The position numbers and the translations under genes were made by a program. A stretch of DNA of 64,000 bases from a phage, in the NCBI GenBank assembly GCA_033286805.1, contig GCA_033286805.1_4727.1; one strand, given 5' to 3'. The notes beneath the pieces are model-generated. The model did no database searches. It had not been told where the DNA came from and saw only the letters and a list, made by a program, of their open reading frames with translations. This document shows, piece by piece, positions 47,603-56,618 of this stretch (its first letter is position 1; every line of letters begins with the position of its first letter).

Positions 47603-49825
47603 TCAGTTAGTCTGAACCGGCAGCTTGATGTTTTCAGTGTAGACCTTACGCAGGTTCACAACGTTAATCAGACCCAGCAGCGGGCAGTTGTTAACGAAGC
47701 GGCAGCGCGGCTGAACCATGGTTTCTTTAGAAACCTGACCGTTACGGGTAACCTGAGCAACAGATACCAGTTCCGGTACATACAGGAACATACCGAAGGT
47801 CAGCGGATCCGGAGAACCCTGGATACCACGAGACAGGGTCACGAAGATCTTATCGCGCAGCATGACGTTCGGGTTATCTACAACCACGAAGTTGAAGCTT
47901 ACACCAACGGTACGGAAATCGCCATCGGTCTGCAGGAACTGCGGGATGTAGTTGTCAGTTGCTACTACGCAACGCGGTTTCTCATCAGCGTTGGAAGACA
48001 GCAGCTGCAGAGCTGGCTGATAACCAGACTCAGAGTACATGCGGTATGCCATTTCACGAATCACGTTCATGATCGCAGCAGACACTTCAGCACGACGTTC
48101 TGCGGTGGTGGTACCCTGAACAGATTTCTCCAGGTCCAGGTTGATTTCTTCGAACCACGGACGGATCAGGTAACGACCGAAACCTTCGATCTGGATGTCA
48201 CCGAACTGACGGAAGCGAGAGGTCGCAACCGCTTTCAGTGCGTCTTTGTAGCTGAACAGTTTCTCAACCATCAGGTTGTCGAAACGTGCGTTAGCAGCTT
48301 GGATCAGAACGTCCAGGTCAGCAGCGTTTTCTTCCCAATCCAGCGGACGAGGAATGGAGAACGGAGCCAGCAGGCCGATTGCGTAACGTTCTTGCTTCAT
48401 GTTGAAGTCAAGGTGCTTACCGCGCTCACGACGGTTGCTGTTGTTACGGCGGATACGCAGTTCGTAACCAACCAGTTTGAAGCTCAGGTCTTCAGCCAGT
48501 TGTTTGAACTCTTCGCTCTTACGCGGTTGTTCGATGTTGTCCTGATCAACCAGGCGATACAGTTCAGCGTTAGCGCCGTTAACACGCAGACCCGCTTTCT
48601 CTACGTTGGAAGAACCGTAAACTTCGATCGCCAGCTGAGCAGCAGATTTCGCATCGATGATGTCCTGCAGCGCTTCAGCTTTCGCACCTTTAACGTCTTT
48701 GGTGTTCTCATCAACGAAGATGGAGTGAGTGTCGAACGCCAGGGTCATTTTGCGGAAGTCGCCTTCCAGGGATTTCTGGAAACCGTTGGTGATCAGACCA
48801 GATACGTCGAACGGTACGTAAGAGGTTTTGCTGTGCTTGGTAGATTTGATTTCCACCAGGATTTTGGTCAGCGTGATCTGGGCGTCCAGCGCGTCGGTGT
48901 TGTCGCTGTAACCGTTAGCCAGGATGCTATCGTCTTCAGCGATACCGATCATGTCGATCAGTTTATCAACAGCCAGGTAAGACGTTTTATAAGTTACGCC
49001 TTTAATTTCGATGTCACGCGGAGCAACGATAGTTTTGTCAACGAAGTACTGCGCGTTAGCATCGTCAGCACGATAGATCGGATGCAGATCGGTCACGTCG
49101 TTGGACAGAACGTCGTTGTACATGAACGCATCCAGCAGCGGACGACGTACCCAATCAGCCGGAGTACCGTCAGCGTTACGACGCAGGTGGTTGAACACCA
49201 GCGGACGACGGAAAGATACATCATAACCGATCTGGTTCGGAGCCAGAACGATGGTGTTGTACAGTTCGTTACCCATGCGGCTCAGACGAGAAGCCTTCAC
49301 GTTGAACACAACGGAGTACGGCATCATGTCACGCAGTTCTTTCTGGTCGTAGGACAGCTGAACCAGTTCTTCAGATTCGCAACCGCAGGAATCAGCAGCC
49401 ATCATGACGAAGTTAGAGCTATCGACTTCACGGCCAGACGGAGTGGTGCTGATGTTCATGGAACGTGCTTGTTTAGCATATTCCACCGGGTTGCCATGAG
49501 CCAGCATGATCAGTGCTGCTGCACGAGCCTGCTGTGCGTTCATGGTGAACAGCTGTTCTTCAATACGCTGCTTCTCTTCCGGAGTGGTGGTTTCGAAGCC
49601 CAGCATGGACAGAACCGGTTCTTCGGCTTTACGGATGTCGCTGCTGAAGCTCTTAACATCCATTTCGTTAACCAGTTTGTCCATGGATTTGAAATCAACC
49701 TTAGAAGCAGATTCCATAGACAGGAAGGTGTTCTCCAGACCTTTGTCTGCTGGTTTGCTACCATTAGCGGTCAGGAACTGGCGAGTGGCCGCGACCTGTT
49801 GGCTAAGAAGGGTTTTATCATTCAT
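47603..49825 (-). CDS. major virion structural protein (740 aa); major capsid or tail sheath candidate
   Basis: Strongest codon bias in window (CTG, CCG, CGT, GGT, AAC, TTC preferred); antisense frame stop-free for 766 codons; followed by hairpin 47474-47503. Confidence 0.75.
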   Translation of the reverse strand: MNDKTLLSQQVAATRQFLTANGSKPADKGLENTFLSMESASKVDFKSMDKLVNEMDVKSFSSDIRKAEEPVLSMLGFETTTPEEKQRIEEQLFTMNAQQARAAALIMLAHGNPVEYAKQARSMNISTTPSGREVDSSNFVMMAADSCGCESEELVQLSYDQKELRDMMPYSVVFNVKASRLSRMGNELYNTIVLAPNQIGYDVSFRRPLVFNHLRRNADGTPADWVRRPLLDAFMYNDVLSNDVTDLHPIYRADDANAQYFVDKTIVAPRDIEIKGVTYKTSYLAVDKLIDMIGIAEDDSILANGYSDNTDALDAQITLTKILVEIKSTKHSKTSYVPFDVSGLITNGFQKSLEGDFRKMTLAFDTHSIFVDENTKDVKGAKAEALQDIIDAKSAAQLAIEVYGSSNVEKAGLRVNGANAELYRLVDQDNIEQPRKSEEFKQLAEDLSFKLVGYELRIRRNNSNRRERGKHLDFNMKQERYAIGLLAPFSIPRPLDWEENAADLDVLIQAANARFDNLMVEKLFSYKDALKAVATSRFRQFGDIQIEGFGRYLIRPWFEEINLDLEKSVQGTTTAERRAEVSAAIMNVIREMAYRMYSESGYQPALQLLSSNADEKPRCVVATDNYIPQFLQTDGDFRTVGVSFNFVVVDNPNVMLRDKIFVTLSRGIQGSPDPLTFGMFLYVPELVSVAQVTRNGQVSKETMVQPRCRFVNNCPLLGLINVVNLRKVYTENIKLPVQTN

Positions 49826-49974
49826 TGAAAGTATCCTTTACAGAATTAACTTATATAAGTCGGTCGATAGACCATAGCGTACACGCGTGCATGCGCCACT
49901 ATAGTATCAGTAAACACTTACCGTTGTTTAGGCTGTGATACAACACTAAAAATGCCGCATAACTTTTCCCTACG

Positions 49975-50595
49975 TCATAAACGACGCAGGCGATAATGGA
50001 TGGAACGATTGGTGCAATATGAACGGAACAGCGGCAATTGCGCAACTTCCGCAAGACTCATATTAATTCGCAGGTGTTCAATAACGGCGCTGTAGTTATC
50101 AGCAATACGATCGCTCAATAACTCTTCTGCCAATAAAGGAAGACAATCGACAACAATCGCGATCACATCCTCATTAACATAACGCACCCGAACACTCAAC
50201 GGACGTTTGTCTGGGCTGTAAGTTGGATCCGCCAAACGACGTTCAATATCACGCGGATAGCTCGTCAGTAAATGGTAATAACCATTGTCATAACGATTGA
50301 TGTACTCACACAGCACATCAACATTCTTCTCTGGCGGCAAACCTGTTTCGTCATAGTGATACGCAAACATACCACCAAGCAGGTTGTTAAGATGAACTGC
50401 AGGGTTCGCTTGTTCGTGTTCTTTCGTGATGAAGAAAGGCACGTTTTGAGCTGCGAAATAAAAACCTACATCATTGGGCGATAGTATGCCGAAAAGACTT
50501 TTAGGGTCTAATAACACCTGTAAGTCATCACGCGCATTTCGAATAATCGCGTGTTCTACCCAATTCGGAACGACGAGATATCGGAGTTCCTTCAT
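49975..50595 (-). CDS. hypothetical protein (206 aa)
   Basis: ATG 50595 with AGAGG SD; divergent from 50635 gene. Confidence 0.55.
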   Translation of the reverse strand: MKELRYLVVPNWVEHAIIRNARDDLQVLLDPKSLFGILSPNDVGFYFAAQNVPFFITKEHEQANPAVHLNNLLGGMFAYHYDETGLPPEKNVDVLCEYINRYDNGYYHLLTSYPRDIERRLADPTYSPDKRPLSVRVRYVNEDVIAIVVDCLPLLAEELLSDRIADNYSAVIEHLRINMSLAEVAQLPLFRSYCTNRSIHYRLRRL

Positions 50596-50634
50596 TATGA
50601 TTACCTCTTTGCAAGTATCGAAAGGATTGAGTCG

Positions 50635-52245
50635 ATGGACCCAAAACAGATAGCCATTAAGATTATTACGTTACTGTTTCGTAATGCACAATTGAACCAT
50701 CCCGATCCCAGTACGATCGAACATGTTAAATCCGTCTTAGATAAAGTCGAACCCCCGAAAAACCATCTCGCTACAGACGTAGATAGAGAGGTTTTCAGCA
50801 ACCTGATGAACACCATTCATTGGATGCTGGAACAACCGTTATCGGAACCTTTCGATAAACAACAGTTGTTACAAAGGATACGTTTAGATTGCCTTGAACA
50901 AAGCAATCTTTACGAGATTCTTGCCGACGGACTGTACGATATCGAAGACGACGCTCATATCAGTAAGGTCTGTTCGCTCTATTACAACGAATTACGTAAT
51001 CTGATTACCCGTCGTCGTGTTTTCGAAACCTTTAGAAACACGTACATGGATATCAGTAACGGGCGACTTGGGGATAAAGAATTTTTCGATGCGATGGCGA
51101 ATCTGAAATTATCGCTAGACAGTATCGAAATGGATACCGAAAATCCCGAAGAGATGGCGTGTATGATTGACGGCTTTATCGCTGACAGCGAAGACGATAT
51201 CGAGAAAGTCGAACGTATGTTCGTCAAAGCGATGGAACGTAACAGTCCTGAAGGTGGATTTGTAACCGGCTGGCAAGGCTTTAATAAAATGTTGGGGTCG
51301 GTCGGTGTTTTACGTCGCGGTACCTTAGGACTGATTGGTGCAATGCAGCACCGGAACAAGTCAGGCGTGTTGTTAAAACTGTTCACACATCTGGCATTGT
51401 ACAACAAACCCCATTTCTTTTTCCCGGAGCGAGCAAAGAAAGCATTACTGATTCATTTGTCGACAGAAAACGAAGTGGAAGAAAACACGCTTCAGATATA
51501 CAAGAACATGCGAGAACAGGAAACAGGCGAATATGTCGATATTCGTAAGATTGACCCTCGCGAGGCATCACGTTATGTGTTGAAGGTGTTCAACGATGCG
51601 GGTTTCTCTGTTTGTATGCGTCGTGTTGATGGGATGAGTTACAAACAACTCGCTAATCTCATCGACCATTTCGAACGCATGGGTTATGAGGTCATGGCGT
51701 TGTTCATCGACTATCTGAAAATGTTCTCATCGGAAGGGCTGGATAGAAATGGACCGACCGGCGCATGGCTCCAAGAACTCTTTAACAAAGTCCGTAACCT
51801 CTGCAGCGTTAAACGTATTTTAGGTATGACCGTACACCAGCTGTCATCCGATGCGAAGATGCGTGCACGTGATGGCAACGATGAAGAGTTCGTTGACCAA
51901 GTCGCAGGTTTAAGTTACTGGGATGGTTGTAAAGGGATTGACCGTGAGATTGACCTCGAAGTGATTGTTGATATCGTTAAGGAACCGGGCAAACGTCAAA
52001 GCTGGCAGGTCTTTGCGTTAGGGAAAGACCGTCAACCGGATAACGGTTCAACGAAACCTGAAGACAAACATTTCGCGATGCCATTCCAAACCATCGGGAT
52101 GCTTCCTGATGATTACGGTAAGAAAGCAGTATATTGCCGCAAGGTTGGCGGACAACCTGTCTCCGAGGGAGGTAAAGGTCCGTGGAACAAGTTCGATGAA
52201 AACGCAGCACCGAGTAATGAATTACAATTTGATTTAGAATTTTAA
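50635..52245 (+). CDS. hypothetical protein (536 aa)
   Basis: ATG 50635 with AAGGA SD at 8 nt; followed by A9 tract and hairpin 52271-52302. Confidence 0.6.
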   Translation: MDPKQIAIKIITLLFRNAQLNHPDPSTIEHVKSVLDKVEPPKNHLATDVDREVFSNLMNTIHWMLEQPLSEPFDKQQLLQRIRLDCLEQSNLYEILADGLYDIEDDAHISKVCSLYYNELRNLITRRRVFETFRNTYMDISNGRLGDKEFFDAMANLKLSLDSIEMDTENPEEMACMIDGFIADSEDDIEKVERMFVKAMERNSPEGGFVTGWQGFNKMLGSVGVLRRGTLGLIGAMQHRNKSGVLLKLFTHLALYNKPHFFFPERAKKALLIHLSTENEVEENTLQIYKNMREQETGEYVDIRKIDPREASRYVLKVFNDAGFSVCMRRVDGMSYKQLANLIDHFERMGYEVMALFIDYLKMFSSEGLDRNGPTGAWLQELFNKVRNLCSVKRILGMTVHQLSSDAKMRARDGNDEEFVDQVAGLSYWDGCKGIDREIDLEVIVDIVKEPGKRQSWQVFALGKDRQPDNGSTKPEDKHFAMPFQTIGMLPDDYGKKAVYCRKVGGQPVSEGGKGPWNKFDENAAPSNELQFDLEF

Positions 52246-52270
52246 ACGCAAAAAAAAAGATTGTGCGGTT

Positions 52271-52302
52271 CCCTCCTCCAACCCGTAAGGGAAGGAGGAG
52301 GG
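52271..52302. terminator. CCTCC/GGAGG palindromic hairpin (H10)
   Basis: ccctcctcc-aa-ccc-gtaa-ggg-aa-ggaggaggg then GTTATGACCG; A9 tract upstream; convergent junction 50635-52245(+)/52319-52645(-). Confidence 0.75.
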
Positions 52303-52318
52303 GTTATGACCGCTTTGA

Positions 52319-52645
52319 TTAACTTATTGTCATGAATTCATTAGGTGAAAATTTCCAGCCGTTCTCAGTGAGAAGCGTGTTGAGTTTCGCTGCAACGATA
52401 AGCCACGCATGCATGGCTGTTACATCGTATTGGCGATTCACTCGACGTTGGTTTTCGATATTGATTTGCTCCTGTTCAGTGATGTTTGGATAAAGTGCGA
52501 TAGCGCTAGGTTTACCCAGCGCGCTAGTCATCACCGCCGTACATTCACTGATAATGTTGTTTAAGTGGTAGTTATACACCGTTCCACGCATGACGCGATG
52601 ACGGCATTCGATAATAGCGTCGTAAATGATTTCTCGAGTAATCAT
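52319..52645 (-). CDS. hypothetical protein (108 aa)
   Basis: ORF ending at hairpin 52271-52302. Confidence 0.45.
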   Translation of the reverse strand: MITREIIYDAIIECRHRVMRGTVYNYHLNNIISECTAVMTSALGKPSAIALYPNITEQEQINIENQRRVNRQYDVTAMHAWLIVAAKLNTLLTENGWKFSPNEFMTIS

Positions 52646-52651
52646 GATAAT

Positions 52652-53053
52652 TTAAAACATACGGTCGTTTTTAGCACGGGCGTTCATTACCAGATCGTAG
52701 ATGCCTGCGGTTCGTAAGCACTCTTCGTAGTAACGATGTGCGCCTTCATCAGCCATCCACGATAACCCACGGCTATCCGCAACAATAACCAGTTTGTTAT
52801 TGTTGAACGCACACACCACACGGTAGGTCGCGTTGTTATTCGGGTCGCGAGTGATAAGTTCGTAGACGCCGTTAACAGGTTTACTGAATTCGCCATTTAA
52901 CGGAACGAGTTCGGTAGTACCTTCAGCAAACGTTACGTTGATCGGTGATGGATCTTTAGCGATAACAGTATATTCCACATTGTGTTCTTTACTGGTCATA
53001 ATACCGAAGTAAGAACTGACAGGGGAACGTGGTACACTAAGAATATTAAACAT
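52652..53053 (-). CDS. hypothetical protein (133 aa)
   Basis: ORF on dominant strand. Confidence 0.5.
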   Translation of the reverse strand: MFNILSVPRSPVSSYFGIMTSKEHNVEYTVIAKDPSPINVTFAEGTTELVPLNGEFSKPVNGVYELITRDPNNNATYRVVCAFNNNKLVIVADSRGLSWMADEGAHRYYEECLRTAGIYDLVMNARAKNDRMF

Positions 53054-53123
53054 AGATGTTGTCCTCTTAATTGGATTTAGATTGTTGGGTGTGTAATTGA
53101 GAAATGAAAACGTTGTTTCGGTT

Positions 53124-53693
53124 TTAGACGATGAGTGACCAGGTGGTAAGCACCCCGCTTGCGAATTCGAGCTTAAGACGTTTACCGATAAGTTGTTGTT
53201 GGATCATCTTCTCAGTGATACGTCGATCTTGCTGAACCGCTTTATCAAACGCTTCTTTTGCTTCAGCTTGGTAGAAGTTCGTTTCTTCGTTTTCGTCGAT
53301 CTCTTCGAGAGCATCCTCGTCGATGTCAGCAAGTTTCACTCGACCGTTTTCATCAGGTTGTTCTGCAGGTTCATTGTCATACGGCGTGTCTTTTGTTGGT
53401 GCGACACGATGTTGCAACTCGACCTGTGTTAACATGATCTCCATCTCACCATCGATAGGAATGATTTCATCGGCGCTGCCGTTTTCGGTCAGCTCTCGAC
53501 TTTCCAGTAATGTCGTCGTAACAGAGAACACCTCTTCAACAGGAACCTCATCATCGTCGATGGTGTTAACCGTGTTGCTGGTAACTTCGGCAACAACCAT
53601 CAAATCAAATGCGTGAGGGTCACCTGGCATTTTGATGCCTGGAAGTTTGTTGAGGTACCAAGGATCAAGAATCATGATTTCTGGATTAAACAT
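53124..53693 (-). CDS. acidic hypothetical protein (189 aa)
   Basis: D/E-rich; first substantial ORF downstream of promoter box 53897-53920. Confidence 0.5.
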   Translation of the reverse strand: MFNPEIMILDPWYLNKLPGIKMPGDPHAFDLMVVAEVTSNTVNTIDDDEVPVEEVFSVTTTLLESRELTENGSADEIIPIDGEMEIMLTQVELQHRVAPTKDTPYDNEPAEQPDENGRVKLADIDEDALEEIDENEETNFYQAEAKEAFDKAVQQDRRITEKMIQQQLIGKRLKLEFASGVLTTWSLIV

Positions 53694-53896
53694 CGTATTT
53701 TACCTTTCTATGTTAGGTGGATTGCGGATAGAAGAATCAATGCATAGATTGATCGTTCTATGTTAGAAATTATTGCCGAACTGGTTATGGTTATAACGCG
53801 TGTTTTCGTATGCTGACGGGTCGCGTATTAATAAGGTCATGACTGTATCCTCGATTATTAAGAGAAATTTACAACGATAACAGTAACCGCTGTTAT

Positions 53897-53920
53897 CACC
53901 TAGGTAATGTAGTCGCGAAA
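53897..53920 (-). promoter_or_regulatory. conserved 24-bp promoter-like box, copy d
   Basis: CACCTAGGTAATGTAGTCGCGAAA; between hairpin H11 and minus block starting at 53693. Confidence 0.55.
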
Positions 53921-53954
53921 TAAACTGGAGTAATGCGAAATAAGACAGCATAGA

Positions 53955-53987
53955 ACCCTCTCCCAACCCAGCAGGGAAGGGAGAGGG
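53955..53987 (-). terminator. CCTCC/GGAGG-type hairpin (H11)
   Basis: ccctctccc-aa-ccc-agca-ggg-aa-gggagaggg; just downstream of 53994-54626 gene and 35 nt upstream of promoter box 53897-53920. Confidence 0.65.
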
Positions 53988-53993
53988 AATATA

Positions 53994-54626
53994 TCACCAA
54001 TGATCGAAGGAACCAGGAGTGTTACGAACGATCTCAACTTGGAAGGTTATTGGTACTGATGGCAATGAAACATATTCGCGTTGCGATAGCAGGACGTTGT
54101 CTTCTCGCTCATCGATGCGAGTAGAACCCGTCAGAAATTGGAACATAGCGACTTGAAGCTCATCGGTGAAACGGAGGTACTCACCGATGTGTGGTGTTGC
54201 ATCATATCGAATAAGTACGTTGCCAAACCGTCGTGCGATATTTGGAGTATCTGTGAACGAAACAGGGAAATCCAAAGTCATTCCCATCGTTTCACCTGGC
54301 TTCATTTTCCGAATCGACGCAATTGGCGCGTCGAAGATATTCCATTCTTCTTTCATCGTGTCTGGAAACACACCGCGATACAAGATGGTCTTTTGATGAC
54401 GATGAACGGGTTGTAAACGGTCAACCAATATTTTCAAAGGTTTAAGTTCTTCAGCCAATTCATAATCTGCTTGGATGTTCCACTTTGCCGCAAGTTCCAT
54501 TAGGTTGGGATACGCGCTATATTTATTGACGATAGCCCAGTTAACATTACGCAAATCGATAGGAAGGAATTTGATAATTTCCTTGTTGAATATCCATTGG
54601 TTTAATTTCTTAATCTTCGAAAGCAT
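53994..54626 (-). CDS. hypothetical protein (210 aa); weak R-S-ExE ADP-ribosyltransferase-like pattern
   Basis: Start set at ATG 54626 (track start would overlap upstream gene). Motifs ILYRGV, VSFTDT, DEREDN in ART-like order; assignment speculative. Confidence 0.45.
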   Translation of the reverse strand: MLSKIKKLNQWIFNKEIIKFLPIDLRNVNWAIVNKYSAYPNLMELAAKWNIQADYELAEELKPLKILVDRLQPVHRHQKTILYRGVFPDTMKEEWNIFDAPIASIRKMKPGETMGMTLDFPVSFTDTPNIARRFGNVLIRYDATPHIGEYLRFTDELQVAMFQFLTGSTRIDEREDNVLLSQREYVSLPSVPITFQVEIVRNTPGSFDHW

Positions 54627-54642
54627 GATGTACTCACTACAG

Positions 54643-56010
54643 CTAAACGGTTGGACGAACGGTGTTGTCTTTTTCTGGTGCAAGCCATAACGTGACCGTA
54701 CCATGACATGTCCACTGTGGCTCACGTACAGAAGAACCTGCCATCGTAACAGCACAATCGGTACGCATGATAACCCCGTATGCTTCGCAGAGATTGTTAT
54801 CCTGCATCCACACAACTTTAGCAGGCATGCCGGGATACAACAAATCCATGTTTGCGTATTCCCACACCAACTGCATTGTTCTACCGCGTAATCCAGCAGT
54901 ATTGCTTAATTCACGCCATCGGTTATCGGTTACGCGTCCCATCCCTTTCGCCACCTTCACGTTATCGCTACGTTCTTCAGTTACGTACTCGCTAACGTTT
55001 ACGGTACGACTGATTATCGTATCACCCCCTTTTGATAATGTCATTCCCTGACTCATCTGACTTGCCGAAACAAAACGCCCGCCCGCATTACCTAACAACG
55101 AAGCCGCGTTATTGATGTCGCTTACCGACGCCCCTCTCGTACAGGCAATTTCCACGTATTTGTCACGATTGATCCAGGTCTTGTCCATGCCCGGAAACAT
55201 ATCGGCAGGATAGTTGTAAAAGATAGCCGTGCGCCGACCGTCAGAGAAACGGGTTTCGTCATAGAGAGGATAAATATACAGATACGGAGATTGGTAATAA
55301 CAACCGACATCCGCTGAATAAATACCGACCTGGTTCTGGATTTTGTCTACGAGATCCATTGCGTTGGTACCGTGCGGAAGAATAAGCAACTTGAACAGGT
55401 TGTCGTTATTCGGTGCAACAATATCCACACCCTGCATTTTGAATCCGGTGTCGGCTTCAACCGCAGAAAGTATTTTGCTGAATTCGAGCCGTAACACATC
55501 CAGAACTTTCGACCCGGTATAGTTTTCACCGGTTTCTGATTGCATGAAGCTTTCAAGAACAGGATCGAACAGTTGAAATTGAAGATCGACCATTTGCTCG
55601 TAGTCTTTCTTCGAAGAATCGGTTGCGGTACGTTCGTCGGTAGCAGACATACGACTGTCTACGGTTGTTAAACAAACCGCTCGGTAGACGTAAGCTTGTG
55701 CGGCATCGTCTACGGTTTGGCGTTGTCCGCGCATCAGGCTGTACGCCTGCACGATGATGCGCATTTTAAGTTGTTGTTGGTATGGTAGAATGTATTTTCC
55801 GTAACTGCCCGGTGGGAACTTTACAGAAATATAAAGTTCATCCCCTGCGTTACGTTCATAGTCTCGATACGTGTGGACTTGAGTCACTAAAGGAACAGAC
55901 ACCGTCATTGACGGCGTGATTAATTCCGCGGTGACTTTATACGCAACAGCAACTGCTTCCTGCGCAAATGTACCGATATACCGTCCTAACGGCGTCTGTT
56001 TGTAATCCAT
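54643..56010 (-). CDS. hypothetical structural protein (455 aa)
   Basis: Long ORF in tightly packed minus block. Confidence 0.6.
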   Translation of the reverse strand: MDYKQTPLGRYIGTFAQEAVAVAYKVTAELITPSMTVSVPLVTQVHTYRDYERNAGDELYISVKFPPGSYGKYILPYQQQLKMRIIVQAYSLMRGQRQTVDDAAQAYVYRAVCLTTVDSRMSATDERTATDSSKKDYEQMVDLQFQLFDPVLESFMQSETGENYTGSKVLDVLRLEFSKILSAVEADTGFKMQGVDIVAPNNDNLFKLLILPHGTNAMDLVDKIQNQVGIYSADVGCYYQSPYLYIYPLYDETRFSDGRRTAIFYNYPADMFPGMDKTWINRDKYVEIACTRGASVSDINNAASLLGNAGGRFVSASQMSQGMTLSKGGDTIISRTVNVSEYVTEERSDNVKVAKGMGRVTDNRWRELSNTAGLRGRTMQLVWEYANMDLLYPGMPAKVVWMQDNNLCEAYGVIMRTDCAVTMAGSSVREPQWTCHGTVTLWLAPEKDNTVRPTV

Positions 56011-56012
56011 GT

Positions 56013-56618
56013 TTAACGACCCCGTTGCTGTTGTTGAATGATGAATTCTTCGATCTTCGTACCACGGAATTCGCTGTGACGAACTGCTTGCAGTTGCTCT
56101 TCAACGGTTGGGCCTGCATTGAGACCACCACGACGTGCGCGGTTGATGCCGATTTTACGACGCTGGCCGATTTCACGTAAACGTGAAGATAATCCGCTCA
56201 TTTCGGTTGGGTCTTTAATGCGACCGCGTGCAACGTTCCACAGACCACCCATGAACTCTTCGAGAATACGACTGGCTTCGAGAGACGGTACGCGTGCGTT
56301 AGGATCGTTTTCGAGATTGTATTTAACGTATTCCGTGTGTTCCAGAAGAAGCATGAACATCTTCATGGCGTTCACGTCAGGATTTGCAATACGCATAGGA
56401 ACACCACGAGAATGTTTTTCAGCAGCCTGCGGTACGGTAAGCTGTGCGGGCACCTCTTCGTTCATGGCCATATCGTCGATTTCTGCAACCCCTGAAGAGT
56501 AGACGCCGCTGACCTCATTGGTGTAATTGTCCACCATGAATTTACGGGGAATCCAGAATTCGAATTTACGTTCAAATAGACGTTTGGTTGGGGTATCTTT
56601 AACGTGTTGTAGACTCAT
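56013..56618 (-). CDS. hypothetical protein (201 aa)
   Basis: Overlaps upstream gene by 4 nt. Confidence 0.55.
   Translation of the reverse strand: MSLQHVKDTPTKRLFERKFEFWIPRKFMVDNYTNEVSGVYSSGVAEIDDMAMNEEVPAQLTVPQAAEKHSRGVPMRIANPDVNAMKMFMLLLEHTEYVKYNLENDPNARVPSLEASRILEEFMGGLWNVARGRIKDPTEMSGLSSRLREIGQRRKIGINRARRGGLNAGPTVEEQLQAVRHSEFRGTKIEEFIIQQQQRGR

Noticed and set aside
47528-49828. 766-aa plus-strand ORF antisense to the 740-aa structural gene
   Set aside because: Amino-acid composition is antisense-like (V/R/F/Q/T/H-rich) with no RBS. Its openness follows from the sense gene avoiding TTA/CTA/TCA codons; the minus-strand ORF has coherent codon bias.
6522-53920. Reading the promoter boxes in plus orientation (SP6/T7-like, TTAGGT...ATAG)
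   Set aside because: In plus orientation three of four boxes would fire into a terminator or antisense to minus genes; in minus orientation all four face a gene start. Orientation remains unproven.
53763-53966. 67-aa minus-strand ORF
   Set aside because: Runs through promoter box d and into hairpin H11; the interval is better explained as a terminator-promoter cassette.
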